Shown here: positions 36,848 to 50,009 of the stretch, piece after piece | Layout: each line of letters opens with the position of its first letter | Numbering within the stretch: the first letter of the stretch is position 1 | NCBI GenBank assembly: GCA_964394815.1 | Contig: CAYMZC010000001.1 | Span: forward strand, 1 to 52,178 | Direction of reading: 5' to 3' | DNA length: 52,178 nt | From: an uncultured Sandaracinobacter sp. | GTDB taxonomy: Bacteria; Pseudomonadota; Alphaproteobacteria; Sphingomonadales; Sphingomonadaceae | Translations under genes and position numbers: made by a program | Notes under the pieces: generated by a model | What the model saw: the letters and a program-made list of their open reading frames with translations, nothing else | What the model was told of the DNA's origin: nothing | The model's database searches: none

Positions 36848-39439
36848 TCAGCCCCCTGCTTCGGCCAGCCGTTTCAGTTCATAGACGAGATCGAGCGCGG
36901 CGCGCGGGCTGAGGCTGTCCGGGTGGGTTTCGGCCAGCCGCTGGCGCAGCGGGTCGGCAGGTGGCGTCGCCGGTGGCGGGGCGGTGGCCGCGAAGAGCGG
37001 CAGGTCCGCCAGCGCGTCGCGGGCGTTGCGCCCGGCTTCGCCCGTTTCCAGCCGGGCGAGGATTTCGCCCGCCCGGGCAAGCACATCGGCCGGAACCCCG
37101 GCGAGCCGCGCGACATCGAGGCCGAAGCTGCCCGGCGCCGCCCCTGCCTGCACTTCATGCAGGAAGACGAGGTCGCCCTGCCATTGCCGTGCCCCCATGG
37201 TGCGCAGTGCAAGGCCGTCGAGCCGGCGGTCGAGCGCGGAGAGTTCATGATAATGGCTGGCGAAAAGACAGCGCGCGCCGATCCTGTCGTGGATCGCCTC
37301 CAGGATCGCCCAGGCGAGGGCCAGGCCGTCCCAGGTGGCAGTGCCCCGGCCCACTTCATCGAGCAGCAGCAGCGAGCGGTCGCTGGCGCCGTTCAATATG
37401 GCCGCCGTTTCGACCATTTCGACCATGAAGGTCGAGCGCCCCTCGGCCAGGCTGTCCGATGCGCCGACACGGCTGTAGAGCCGGTCGACGAGGCCCAGGC
37501 GCGCTTCTGCCGCAGGCACGAAGCTTCCTGCTTGCGCCAGAATGGCGATGAGGGCGTTCTGCCGCAGGAAGGTGGATTTCCCGCCCATGTTCGGACCTGT
37601 CACCAGCCAGACGCGGGCTTCCCCCTCGAGCTGGCAGTCATTGGGCACGAAGGCCTTGCCGCCCGCCTTCAACGCCGCTTCCACCACCGGGTGGCGCCCG
37701 GCCACGACATGAAAATCGCGGCCGTCGGTCAGCCGGGGGCGGCACCACCCTTCGCGGGAGGCAAGCTCGGCAAGCGCTGCCGACCGGTCGAGGGAGGCAA
37801 GCGCTTCGGCAACGGCGCCGATGGCGCGGGCCTCGGCCGTCGCCATTGCCTCCATCTCTTCCACATGGGCGGCTTCTGCCGCCAGCGCATGGGCCTGTGC
37901 CTGGGAAATGCGGCTGGCAAGGCCGCGCAGTTCCTCCGTATCGAATCGCATGGTGGTGCCAAGCGTCTGGCGGTGGAAGAAGAGGGGGCTGGCCATCAGC
38001 GGGTCGGCCAGCCGGCTTGGCACTTCGGCATGATAGCCGATGACATTGTTGTGGCGGATCTTCAGCTGGGCGATTCCGCTGCTGTCGCGCAACCGCGCTT
38101 CCAGCGCCGCCAGCGCGGCGCGGCTGTCCTGCGCAAGGAGGCGCAGCTCGTCGAGCGTGCTGTCATGGCCGGCAGCGATCACGCCGGCTTCGCCACGCGT
38201 GGCGGGGGGCTGTTCCGCGAGCGCGGCGCGCAGATGCGCCAGCAGGGCAGCCGGCGGGCGCAGCCCTTCGCGCAGCGGCTTCAGGGCAATGGGCGCCCCC
38301 GATCCGGCTGCCGTATCGAGGGCTGCCCCCAGGCTTTCGGCTGAAGCCAGGCCCGTGCGCAGGGCCACGAGATCGCGCGGGGCGCCGCGCCCGGCGGCGA
38401 TTCGCCCGAGGGCGCGGGCAAGATCGGGCGTGCCCTTCAGCTGCTCGCGCACATCGGCGCGCAGTCGCCCGTCCGCCAGCAGCCATTGCACGAGGTCCAG
38501 CCGGTCTTCGATGGCCCGGGCTTCGGCCAGCGGGGTCGAGAGATCCTCCGAAAGCCGGCGGGCGCCGGGGCCGGTCACGGTCAGGTCGATGGCGGCGAAC
38601 AGGCTGGCCGGGCCTTCCACAAGGTCGAGGCTGCGTCTTGTCGATGCGTCGATCGCCATGACGGCGCCGGCGCTATGCAGGCGCGGCGGCCTCAGGTTGA
38701 CGGCGGCCCCGCGCGCGGTCGATTCGATATGGGCGATGAGGCCGCCGGCAGCAGCGAGTGCCGCGCGCGGGAATTCCCCATGGCCATCCAGTGTCGCGAC
38801 GCCGAGCCTCTGGCAGAGGTTGCGCATGGCGGCCTGGCTGTCGAACAGCCGGCGGGAAAGCGCGGTGGCAGCCGGCGGCGCGCCAGCGGTCTCCTCGGGC
38901 CACAGCAGTTCGGCCGGGCCGATCCGGGCAAGCTCGTCGCCGAGGGCCGTGGCCGGAATGGCCGCCAGCCAGAGATCACCTGTCGAGATGTCGGCCCATG
39001 CAAGGCCCGTTTCCGCGCCGGCGGGCAGGGCGGCCGCCAGCCAGTTGGCGCGGCGACCGTCGAGCAGCCGCTCCTCGGTCAGCGTTCCCGGCGTCACGAT
39101 GCGCACGATCGCCCGGCGCACGATCGATTTTGCGCCGCGCTTCTTCGCCGCCGCCGGGTCTTCCGTCTGCTCGGCGATGGCAACGGCGAAGCCCGCCTTC
39201 ACCAGCCGCGCGAGATAGGCCTCGTGGCTGTGGACTGGAACGCCGCACATCTGAAGCGGCTGGCCCAGATGCTCGCCCCTGTGGGTGAGGGCGATGTCGA
39301 GCGTGCGCGCAGCGACCTCGGCATCGTCGAGGAAAAGCTCGTAGAAATCCCCCATGCGGAAGAGCAGCAGCGCTGCCCCGGCCTCTTCCTTGAGGGCGAG
39401 ATATTGCTGCATCATCGGAGTGGGCGTTGCCGTAGTCAT
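36848..39439 (-). CDS. mutS: DNA mismatch repair protein MutS
   Basis: TPMMQQY, FRMGDFYELF, TGPNMGGKST, STFMVEM, DEVGRGT and SHYHEL. Confidence 0.98.
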   Translation of the reverse strand: MTTATPTPMMQQYLALKEEAGAALLLFRMGDFYELFLDDAEVAARTLDIALTHRGEHLGQPLQMCGVPVHSHEAYLARLVKAGFAVAIAEQTEDPAAAKKRGAKSIVRRAIVRIVTPGTLTEERLLDGRRANWLAAALPAGAETGLAWADISTGDLWLAAIPATALGDELARIGPAELLWPEETAGAPPAATALSRRLFDSQAAMRNLCQRLGVATLDGHGEFPRAALAAAGGLIAHIESTARGAAVNLRPPRLHSAGAVMAIDASTRRSLDLVEGPASLFAAIDLTVTGPGARRLSEDLSTPLAEARAIEDRLDLVQWLLADGRLRADVREQLKGTPDLARALGRIAAGRGAPRDLVALRTGLASAESLGAALDTAAGSGAPIALKPLREGLRPPAALLAHLRAALAEQPPATRGEAGVIAAGHDSTLDELRLLAQDSRAALAALEARLRDSSGIAQLKIRHNNVIGYHAEVPSRLADPLMASPLFFHRQTLGTTMRFDTEELRGLASRISQAQAHALAAEAAHVEEMEAMATAEARAIGAVAEALASLDRSAALAELASREGWCRPRLTDGRDFHVVAGRHPVVEAALKAGGKAFVPNDCQLEGEARVWLVTGPNMGGKSTFLRQNALIAILAQAGSFVPAAEARLGLVDRLYSRVGASDSLAEGRSTFMVEMVETAAILNGASDRSLLLLDEVGRGTATWDGLALAWAILEAIHDRIGARCLFASHYHELSALDRRLDGLALRTMGARQWQGDLVFLHEVQAGAAPGSFGLDVARLAGVPADVLARAGEILARLETGEAGRNARDALADLPLFAATAPPPATPPADPLRQRLAETHPDSLSPRAALDLVYELKRLAEAGG

Positions 39440-39491
39440 GATCCGCGCCTATCAGCCCGGAACGGGTCTGGAATACAAGAGCGAGGTGGTG

Positions 39492-41762
39492 ATGAGCGAG
39501 AGTTCCGAACAGCGGCCGCAGTTCTCGGACAGGGAGGCGCTGATCTTCCATTCGGCGAAAAGGCCGGGCAAGCTCGAGATCATCGCCTCCAAGCCCATGG
39601 CCACGCAGCGCGACCTGAGCCTCGCCTATTCGCCTGGCGTGGCGGTGCCGGTCCTCGCCATCGCCGAAGATCCCGCCACCGCCTATGATTACACCATCAA
39701 GGGCAATCTCGTGGCCGTCATCTCCAACGGCACGGCCATCCTCGGGCTGGGGAACCTGGGGGCGCTGGCCTCGAAGCCGGTGATGGAAGGCAAGGCGGTG
39801 CTCTTCAAGCGCTTCGCCGATGTGGACGCGATCGACATCGAGCTGAAGACAGAGGATGTCCAGCGCATCATCGATGCAGTCGAGCTGATGGAGCCGAGCT
39901 TCGGCGGCATCAACCTCGAGGACATCAAGGCGCCGGAATGCTTCATCATCGAGGATGAACTGCGCGCCCGCATGAACATCCCCGTCTTCCACGACGACCA
40001 GCACGGAACCGCCATCATCGCGGCCGCGGGCGTGCTCAACGCCCTGCACCTGACCGGCCGCGACATCCGCGACATAAAGGTGGTGGTCAACGGCGCCGGT
40101 GCGGCCTCCATTGCCTGCACCGAATTGCTGAAGGCGATGGGCGTGGCTTCGGACAATGTCATCATGTGCGACAGCAAGGGCGTGATCTGGCAGGGCCGCA
40201 CCGAAGGCATGAACCAGTGGAAGGCGGCCCATGCCGTCAGCACCGATGCACGTACCCTGGCCGAGGCCATGGTGGGCACCGATGTCTTCCTCGGGCTTTC
40301 GGTGGAGGGCGCCGTCACGCGCGAGATGGTCGCCTCGATGGCGGACAGGCCGATCATCTTCGCCATGGCCAACCCGGATCCCGAAATCACGCCCGAGGAG
40401 GTGAAGGCCGTTCGCAGTGACGCGATCATCGCCACCGGCCGGTCGGATTATCCCAACCAGGTCAACAATGTTCTCGGCTTCCCCTACATCTTCCGGGGTG
40501 CGCTCGATGTGCGCGCCACCAAGATCACCGAGGAAATGAAGGTGGCCGCCGCCCACGCCATCGCCGAACTGGCGCGCGAATCCGTGCCTGACGAAGTGGC
40601 CGCGGCCTATGGCGGCAGCCGTGTGTTCGGGCCGGAATACATCATTCCCGCCCCGTTCGACCCGCGCCTCATCGAGCAGGTGCCGGCCGCCGTCGCGCAG
40701 GCGGCGATGGATTCGGGCGTGGCGCAGAAGCCGATCTTCGACATGGATGCCTACAAGCTGCAGCTGCGCGCCCGGCTCAACCCGGCCTCCTCGGCGCTGG
40801 CCGCCAGCTTCGAGGCCGCCCGCGCCCGGCCGCGCCGTGTGGTTTTCGCCGAGGGCGAGCAGGAAGTGGTGCTGCGCGCGGCCGTTTCCTTCCGCACCTC
40901 AGGCTATGGCGAGCCGCTTCTGGTTGGCCGCGAAGAGCCGATTCTCGAAGGCTTCCGGCGCATCGGCGTGACCGACATCGAGAATTACCCCATCTACAAC
41001 AGCGCCAAGAGCCCGCTCGTGCCCGAGATGGTGGATCGGCTCTATGCCCGGCTTCAGCGCAAGGGCTATCTGCTGCGTGACGTGCAGCGCATGGTGAACA
41101 ACGAGCGCAACGTCTTTGCCGCCCTCATGGTCGAAATGGGTGAAGCCGACGCCATGGTCTCGGGCGTGACCCGGCATTTCCGGCACGTGCTCTCGCAGGT
41201 GAGCCTCGCGGTCGATCCGCTGCCCGGCCATACGCCCTATGGCTTCCACATCTACACCGGGCGCGGCGGCACCTTCCTGATCGCCGACACCACCGTCAAT
41301 GAGCGCCCCACCGGCGAACAGCTGGCCGACATCGCTGTCGGCACCGCCCGCGCCGCCCGGCGGCTGGGCATGGAACCGCGCGTGGCGTTCCTTTCCTATT
41401 CCAATTTCGGCAACCCGCCCGGTTCCTACCTCGCGCACCTGCAGGAGGCCGTCCGGATTCTCGACGAGATGCGCCCCGGCTTCGAATATGAAGGTGAGGT
41501 TTCGGTGGATGTCGCGCTCAACCGCGACATGACGGCCGTCTATCCCTTCAACCGCCTGACCGGTCCTGCCAATGTCCTGGTGATGCCGGGCCTGCAATCG
41601 GCCAACATCGCCGCCAAGCTGCTGAAGGAACTGGGTGGCGGCCGGGTCATCGGGCCGGTGCTGATGAACATGTCGAAGGCGGTGCAGATCGCGCCCATGA
41701 CTTCGGGCGCAACCGATCTCGTGACTCTGGCGGCGCTGGCTGCCTCGGGCGTGGTGCAATAG
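39492..41762 (+). CDS. maeB: NADP-dependent malic enzyme with C-terminal phosphotransacetylase-like domain
   Basis: [38 protein letters not shown] and [12 protein letters not shown], then RVVFAEGE and AFLSYSNFG. Confidence 0.96.
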   Translation: MSESSEQRPQFSDREALIFHSAKRPGKLEIIASKPMATQRDLSLAYSPGVAVPVLAIAEDPATAYDYTIKGNLVAVISNGTAILGLGNLGALASKPVMEGKAVLFKRFADVDAIDIELKTEDVQRIIDAVELMEPSFGGINLEDIKAPECFIIEDELRARMNIPVFHDDQHGTAIIAAAGVLNALHLTGRDIRDIKVVVNGAGAASIACTELLKAMGVASDNVIMCDSKGVIWQGRTEGMNQWKAAHAVSTDARTLAEAMVGTDVFLGLSVEGAVTREMVASMADRPIIFAMANPDPEITPEEVKAVRSDAIIATGRSDYPNQVNNVLGFPYIFRGALDVRATKITEEMKVAAAHAIAELARESVPDEVAAAYGGSRVFGPEYIIPAPFDPRLIEQVPAAVAQAAMDSGVAQKPIFDMDAYKLQLRARLNPASSALAASFEAARARPRRVVFAEGEQEVVLRAAVSFRTSGYGEPLLVGREEPILEGFRRIGVTDIENYPIYNSAKSPLVPEMVDRLYARLQRKGYLLRDVQRMVNNERNVFAALMVEMGEADAMVSGVTRHFRHVLSQVSLAVDPLPGHTPYGFHIYTGRGGTFLIADTTVNERPTGEQLADIAVGTARAARRLGMEPRVAFLSYSNFGNPPGSYLAHLQEAVRILDEMRPGFEYEGEVSVDVALNRDMTAVYPFNRLTGPANVLVMPGLQSANIAAKLLKELGGGRVIGPVLMNMSKAVQIAPMTSGATDLVTLAALAASGVVQ

Positions 41763-41764
41763 CC

Positions 41765-42538
41765 ATGCCGCCGGTGCTGATGATCCATGGCATGTGGAGC
41801 CGCCCCTCCACCTTCTCGACGCTGCGCGCCGAACTGGATGCTGCCGGGATCCGCAGTGCGGCTGTCACCCTGCCTTTCCATGACCTGCCGCCGGGCAGCC
41901 CGCCGCCGGCGGCGCTGGGCCGGCTGCGGCTTGGCGATTATGTGGCGGCGCTTGAGCGCAGTGTTGCCGAACTCGGCGAGCAGCCCGTCATACTGGGCCA
42001 TTCCATGGGCGGGCTTCTGGCGCAGTTGCTGTCGGTGAAGGTGCAGCCCAGGGGGCTGATCCTGCTCTCTTCCGCGCCCTCGGCCGAGACTTCGGCAATG
42101 ACGCTCGATGCGTTCCGCACCCTGCGTGGGGTGATGGGCGAATGGGGCTGGTGGCGCAAGCCGACCCTGATCGACGAGGCGCGGGCGCGATTCGGCGTTT
42201 TCAACGGCGTGCCCGAGGAAGAGGTGCTGCCGGCGCTGGCCGAACTGACATGGGATTCGGGCGCCGTGCTCGCCCAGATGGCCTCCCCATTGCTGGACCA
42301 GGAGCGGGGTGCGCGCGTCGATTATGACCGGCTGCGCATGCCGGCCCTTGTCCTTACCGGCAGCGCCGACAGGATCGTGCCGCCCGAAGTCTCGCGCCGC
42401 ACCGCCCGGCGCCTTGCCAATGCCGGCGCGACGGTCGATTTCGAGGAATGGGCCGGTGTCGGCCACTGGCTGTTCCACGATGCGGTGCGCCCGCGGCTTG
42501 CGGCGGCCATCGCCCGCTTCATGGCAAGCCTGAGCTGA
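41765..42538 (+). CDS. Alpha/beta fold hydrolase
   Basis: IHGMW oxyanion loop, GHSMGG nucleophile elbow, DRIVP and GHW. Confidence 0.88.
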   Translation: MPPVLMIHGMWSRPSTFSTLRAELDAAGIRSAAVTLPFHDLPPGSPPPAALGRLRLGDYVAALERSVAELGEQPVILGHSMGGLLAQLLSVKVQPRGLILLSSAPSAETSAMTLDAFRTLRGVMGEWGWWRKPTLIDEARARFGVFNGVPEEEVLPALAELTWDSGAVLAQMASPLLDQERGARVDYDRLRMPALVLTGSADRIVPPEVSRRTARRLANAGATVDFEEWAGVGHWLFHDAVRPRLAAAIARFMASLS

Positions 42539-42601
42539 AAGCCCCCATTGCCGCCTGTCGTGGCCGATGGGCCGTGCGGGCCTGTTTGAAAATTCTGCTC
42601 G

Positions 42602-42645
42602 AAAACAAGGGCGCGGTCTTGCGAAAAGACCGCGCCCTTCTGTTT
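42602..42645. terminator. Bidirectional terminator between the convergent hydrolase gene and acnA
   Basis: AAGGGCGCGGTCTT-GCGAA-AAGACCGCGCCCTT flanked by A-rich and T-rich tracts. A second hairpin lies at about 42658-42683. Confidence 0.8.
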
Positions 42646-42687
42646 CCAGCGTGAAAGGCTGGCCGGGCTTGCGCCCGGCCGGCTGCA

Positions 42688-45372
<2,685 letters not shown>

Positions 45373-45529
45373 GTCTTATGGTCCTCGTGATCCTGGAATG
45401 TCCCTGCCGCTCCTAGAACGCCGCACCCCGTGCGGCAAGCATCGGCTTAATCTGCGGCGGCGGCGGCCGTTCAGTCGCATCGCCCCCGAGGCATGCGGCG
45501 GCGGGGCCAAGATGCGCGAGGAAAGGCAC

Positions 45530-46621
45530 ATGGAACAGGGACTTCGCCCGGAAGCGGTGCGAGCGGCCGACCGGCAGGCGGACTGGCAGGGCCATGGCGG
45601 CCACCCGGGCCTTGCGCGCTATGACGCGATCCGCGCCCTGTTCGCGGAAACGGGCCTGCCGCCGGACCCGCAGACCTACGAACTCTTCTGGCTGCATCTG
45701 GGCGGCGGGGCGCCCGCCCTCTCGCGCGAGCTGGAGGCCATGCTGGACGAGGGCCGGCTGACGGCGGAACGGGTGATGGCGCTGCGCCGCATCCATCTTG
45801 GCGACATTGCCGGCGCCGAAATGATGGCGCTTGTGGAAGCGACGCAGGGCAGCGCCCTGCAGCTTGCCGACCGGCTGAGCCGCGGCCAGAGCGACATTCG
45901 TGCCTATGATGAGAGAATCGCGGCCGAGGACAGCCTGATTGCCGCTTCCCTCACGGCGCAGGCTCTTGCTGAAGCGGTACAGCGGCTGCGGCGGGCCAAT
46001 GCGGTGATGATGGCTGCCAACAGGCGGCTTGCCGCCGAGATCCGGGCCGCCAGCCACCAGACCGGCCGCCTGCTCGACCGGCTGGAAAGCGCCGAGCGCA
46101 GCGCCCGCACCGATCCGCTGACGGGCCTGCCCAACAGGCGCGGCCTTGCCGAGGCCATGAAGCGCGCCGCCGTCCAGGCGGATGCGCGCGGCGCACCCCT
46201 GTCTGTCGCGCTGGTGGATATCGACCATTTCAAGCGCTTCAACGACCAGTGGGGCCATGCCATCGGCGACGAGGTGCTGCGATGCGTGGGTGCGCACCTG
46301 GCCGCCCGTGCCCGCGAGACCGCGGGCGAGGGCGCCGTGACCGGCCGTCATGGCGGGGAGGAGTTTCTGGTGCTGCTTCCGGGCCTCGCATTGGCGGAGG
46401 CGACGGCCGCCATGGACCAGGCGCGCGACCTGATGGCGCGGCAGATCCTGCGGCGCGCCTCGGATGGCGTCAGCCTCGGCAGGCTCTGCTTTTCGGCCGG
46501 TGTCGCCGCACTGCGCCCTGATGACAGCCCGGACACGCTGTTCGACCGGGCCGATGCCGCGCTCTATGCCGCAAAGCGGGCCGGGCGGGACAGGGTCTAT
46601 CCCGAACGGACGGCTGAATGA
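45530..46621 (+). CDS. Cytoplasmic diguanylate cyclase (coiled coil plus GGDEF)
   Basis: DPLTGLPNRR, DIDHFKRFNDQWGH..GD, RHGGEEF, FSAGV and ADAALYAAK. RBS GAAAGG. Confidence 0.92.
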   Translation: MEQGLRPEAVRAADRQADWQGHGGHPGLARYDAIRALFAETGLPPDPQTYELFWLHLGGGAPALSRELEAMLDEGRLTAERVMALRRIHLGDIAGAEMMALVEATQGSALQLADRLSRGQSDIRAYDERIAAEDSLIAASLTAQALAEAVQRLRRANAVMMAANRRLAAEIRAASHQTGRLLDRLESAERSARTDPLTGLPNRRGLAEAMKRAAVQADARGAPLSVALVDIDHFKRFNDQWGHAIGDEVLRCVGAHLAARARETAGEGAVTGRHGGEEFLVLLPGLALAEATAAMDQARDLMARQILRRASDGVSLGRLCFSAGVAALRPDDSPDTLFDRADAALYAAKRAGRDRVYPERTAE

Positions 46622-46628
46622 CCATCTG

Positions 46629-47969
46629 TCATGCGGCCGCCAGCCGGGCGCGGATCGCGGCATGCGCATCGGCGGTGATGGGCCAGCGCCAGATCACATA
46701 GGCGGCCGCGAAACCGATCAGGATAGGCGGCACGACGAAGATCAGGGTGAGCCCGGCGATCGCCTCGGGCGTGTTTGCGGCATCGGGTCTCGGGTCGAAG
46801 CCGATGAGGCCGAGCAGCGGGTAGGTGAGGCCCACTGGCACGGCGAAGCCCAGCTTCGCTGTCGCGGTGAGGATCGCATAATTGAGGCCGGTGGTGTCCG
46901 CGCCTTGCCTGCCTTCCTGCTGCCTGTCGAGGGTCTGGGCATCGGTGAGATCGGCGAGCATGGCGCGCAGCAGGAAGCCCGAGGCGGACAGCGGCATGCC
47001 GGCGACGATCAGGATGAGTGAAAAGATCAGGACATTGTCGGCCGGGCCATAGGCGACCGGAATCTGCACCACCCCGTACCAGATGGCTGCAACCGCCGTT
47101 GCCCTGTGCTTGCCGAACCGCCGGGCCGCATGGATCCAGAGCGGCGCGCTGATCAGCCCGGCCACGAAATAGAGCAGCATGATGCCGGACGCCGTTTCGA
47201 GCGGAATTCCGCGCACCTGCGTGATGAAGAAGACGAAGAGCGCCCCGGTGAGGCCGGGCGCCAGCGACAGGAGCAGGTCGGCAAGCAGAAGCTGGCGCAT
47301 GCGGGGATCCGAAAGGACGCCGCGAACGTCCGCCATGCGCACGCGATGCTCGCCCACCGGTGCTTCCCCTTCGGGAACGAACAGGCCGACGGCGAGCGCG
47401 GCAAGCGGTATGGCCGCAAGGATGTACCAGCCCATGGCATGTATCCCGGCCGCCGGCCCCGAGCCTGGCATGAGCTGGTTCACCAGGGGCGGAATCACGA
47501 GCACGAGAATCGATCCGAAGACGTTGAGGGCGGTCCAGTATCCGAAGATGCGCGCGCGTTCGGCATAATCGGTCGAGAGGCGGGAGCCCCAGGCCGTTTG
47601 CGCCAGCGATATGCAGGAAAAGCCGAAATAGAGGGTGAACAGAGACAGGAAGGTCATGCCGGCGCTGACGCCGGGCTTTGCCATGAACAGCATCCAGACG
47701 CCGAGCGCCAGAAAGACGGCACCGCCGAGGATCCATGGCCGGAACTGGCCGATCCGCGTGCGGCTGTTGTCCATCAGGGCGCCGAGCAGCGGGTCGAGCG
47801 GGATGTCGACGATGCGCACAAGGGCGAAAAGGAAGCCGACCGTTGCCAGTGGCAGCCCGAGGGTGCCGGCATAATAGGGTGGCAGATAGACGACCAGCGG
47901 CAGGCTGAGCGCTGCCACTGGCAGGCAGGGTGCGCACCATGCCAGCAGCGTACGCAATCGGACGCCCAT
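46629..47969 (-). CDS. MFS transporter, GPH/MelB-like (MFS_2)
   Basis: DIPLDPLLGALMD..RTRIG.FRPW, L..DY.ER, MLAD..D, about 12 TM segments. Confidence 0.88.
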   Translation of the reverse strand: MGVRLRTLLAWCAPCLPVAALSLPLVVYLPPYYAGTLGLPLATVGFLFALVRIVDIPLDPLLGALMDNSRTRIGQFRPWILGGAVFLALGVWMLFMAKPGVSAGMTFLSLFTLYFGFSCISLAQTAWGSRLSTDYAERARIFGYWTALNVFGSILVLVIPPLVNQLMPGSGPAAGIHAMGWYILAAIPLAALAVGLFVPEGEAPVGEHRVRMADVRGVLSDPRMRQLLLADLLLSLAPGLTGALFVFFITQVRGIPLETASGIMLLYFVAGLISAPLWIHAARRFGKHRATAVAAIWYGVVQIPVAYGPADNVLIFSLILIVAGMPLSASGFLLRAMLADLTDAQTLDRQQEGRQGADTTGLNYAILTATAKLGFAVPVGLTYPLLGLIGFDPRPDAANTPEAIAGLTLIFVVPPILIGFAAAYVIWRWPITADAHAAIRARLAAA

Positions 47970-48039
47970 GCTTCCTCCCCGAAATGTCTCTCCCGCAGCG
48001 AAGCTTGCCCCAGCCCGTTGCACGGCGCTAGGGGCAGGC

Positions 48040-49506
48040 ATGGCCGAAACCGGCGAAGCTAGTCAAAGTGCTGGAAACGCGCCTTCGGGTGCGGCTGCAC
48101 TCGCGCGGGGCGGGCGCACCAATTTCGCCGGCTTCCTGCTGCGGCTGGCGGCTCGTTTTCCCTTCCTTGTCCTTGCCGCCCGCCTTTACGGCGCGGAGGA
48201 TCTCGGCCGATTCGCCTATGCCACCATGGTGGTCGAGTTCGCCGCCCAGCTGACGACCCTTGGCCTGAAGCGCGGCCTTTCGGGCGAGATGGCGCGTAGC
48301 GGCCGGCCCGAGGCGCATGTCGTCGCCGATGCCCTGACGCTCGCCCTGTTGCTGGGGCTGGCGGCGACCCTGCTGCTGATCGCCCTTCCCGTTCTCATGT
48401 TTCCGGATGGCATCCGCCATGCCGCCGAGCCACTTCTGGCTCTGGTTGTGCTGGCCATCCTGCTTTCCGATGTCTGCCTTGCGGCACTGGCCTTCCGGCA
48501 CCGCATCGGGGTGGCCGTGCAGGCGCGTTCGGTGATCGAGCCATGGGTTCTCACGCTGGTCGGCACGGGGCTCGCCTTCACTTTTCTCAAGCCCGGCGGG
48601 CTGCTGATTGCCTTTGCCATTTCGCTGGCGGCGGCGGCGATTGCTTCGGTGGCACCGGCCATCAGGCAGTTCGGGGTGCCACGGGGCTGGCGCCTTTCGG
48701 CCTCGCGGCTCTGGGCCATGGGCGTGCGCAACCTGCCGCTGGCCGGCGCCGATCTGGTGGACTGGGCGACACGCCGGCTCGACATATTCGTGCTGGGTCG
48801 TTTTGCCGGGCCGGAAGTGGTGGGCCTTTATTTTGTCGCGCAGCAGGTGGCGACGCTGGCGGGCCGTATCCGCATGAGCTTCGACCCCATTCTTGCGCCG
48901 ATGCTGTCCACCGCGCTCAAGGCCGGGCGGCCCGACGAAGCGGCCGCCCATGTGCGGCAGGTGGGTTTCTGGGTGCTGGCCTTCCAGATCCCCGTGGTGC
49001 TGGCGCTCGGGCTGCCGGGTGAGGGGGTGCTGGGCCTGTTCGGCCCCGAATTCGCGGCGGGCGCCCTCGTCCTGGCCTTGCTGCTTACGGCCGAGCTTGC
49101 CGCCGCCAATGGCAGCGTTGCCGAAATGGCGCTGATCTACGCCCGGCCCAAGCTCAACCTTGCCGTGGCCATGGGCGGGCTGGCGTTGCAGGCCGTGCTC
49201 AGCCTTGTGCTTGTGCCGCTGCATGGCGGCGCCGGGGCGGCGGCGGCGCTTCTCGTGGCGCTTCTGGCGGCGGCGATTGCCCGGCAGATCCTGCTGCGCC
49301 GCGCGCTGGGAGCTTCGGTAACCTTCTGGCGCTGGTCGCTTCTGGCGGCGGGCGCGCTTGCCTTCGGCTATGGCTATGCGGCCCGCGCCCTGCCCGAACT
49401 GTGGCAGATGCTGGCGACGATTCCCGGCGTGCTCATCCTGTTCGGGCTGGTCATGTGGCGCTGGGGCTTCGGCCCGGAGGACCGGGCGCTTTTCGGCCGG
49501 CGCTAG
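48040..49506 (+). CDS. Oligosaccharide flippase family protein (Wzx/RfbX, MOP superfamily)
   Basis: ARLYGAEDLGRF, RLDIFVLG...VGLY, about 14 hydrophobic segments. Confidence 0.8.
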   Translation: MAETGEASQSAGNAPSGAAALARGGRTNFAGFLLRLAARFPFLVLAARLYGAEDLGRFAYATMVVEFAAQLTTLGLKRGLSGEMARSGRPEAHVVADALTLALLLGLAATLLLIALPVLMFPDGIRHAAEPLLALVVLAILLSDVCLAALAFRHRIGVAVQARSVIEPWVLTLVGTGLAFTFLKPGGLLIAFAISLAAAAIASVAPAIRQFGVPRGWRLSASRLWAMGVRNLPLAGADLVDWATRRLDIFVLGRFAGPEVVGLYFVAQQVATLAGRIRMSFDPILAPMLSTALKAGRPDEAAAHVRQVGFWVLAFQIPVVLALGLPGEGVLGLFGPEFAAGALVLALLLTAELAAANGSVAEMALIYARPKLNLAVAMGGLALQAVLSLVLVPLHGGAGAAAALLVALLAAAIARQILLRRALGASVTFWRWSLLAAGALAFGYGYAARALPELWQMLATIPGVLILFGLVMWRWGFGPEDRALFGRR

Positions 49507-50009
49507 CCCTGCGGTTCCAGCCGGCGGCTGACCAGCCGGCCATCGGGCGTGAGGGCGGCAACCACCACCATCGGCCCGTTCAGAAGCTGGCGTTCAAGCG
49601 CTGGCGCGCTTGATTCGGAGACGAAGATCCGGCTTGTAAAGGCCGGCTGCTCGTTTTCGCGGAAGGCCGGGCGCAGATCCATGGCCGAAAGATCGGGGTT
49701 CACGCGGTGCTGGCAGGCAGCGCCGGGCGCTGCGATGGTGGCGACAACGCGCCCGCCCTCGCGCGACAGGCAGAGCTGGCAGGCGCCCGGCCGTTCGCAG
49801 GGGCCCGCATCGCCGCGCAGATCCCATTGATAGGCGAACTGGATGAAGCGGCCGCGCAAGGGATCGCGCGGGTCGTAGCCGCCCACGGGTATGCGCCACA
49901 GTGTCGCCGCGCCAAGCTGGGCTTCATGCTGCCACAGCGCGCCACCCAGGGCCAGGATGGGCAGCACAAGGGCGATAAGGCGCAGGGTTGCGAGCGTCCG
50001 GCGGTTCAC
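49503..50009 (-). CDS. GDYXXLXY-domain membrane-anchored protein
   Basis: N-terminal TM followed by PVGGYDPRDPLRGRFIQFAY, a variant of DPR..L.GDY..L.Y. GTG start overlaps the upstream stop (GTGA). Confidence 0.72.
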   Translation of the reverse strand: MNRRTLATLRLIALVLPILALGGALWQHEAQLGAATLWRIPVGGYDPRDPLRGRFIQFAYQWDLRGDAGPCERPGACQLCLSREGGRVVATIAAPGAACQHRVNPDLSAMDLRPAFRENEQPAFTSRIFVSESSAPALERQLLNGPMVVVAALTPDGRLVSRRLEPQG

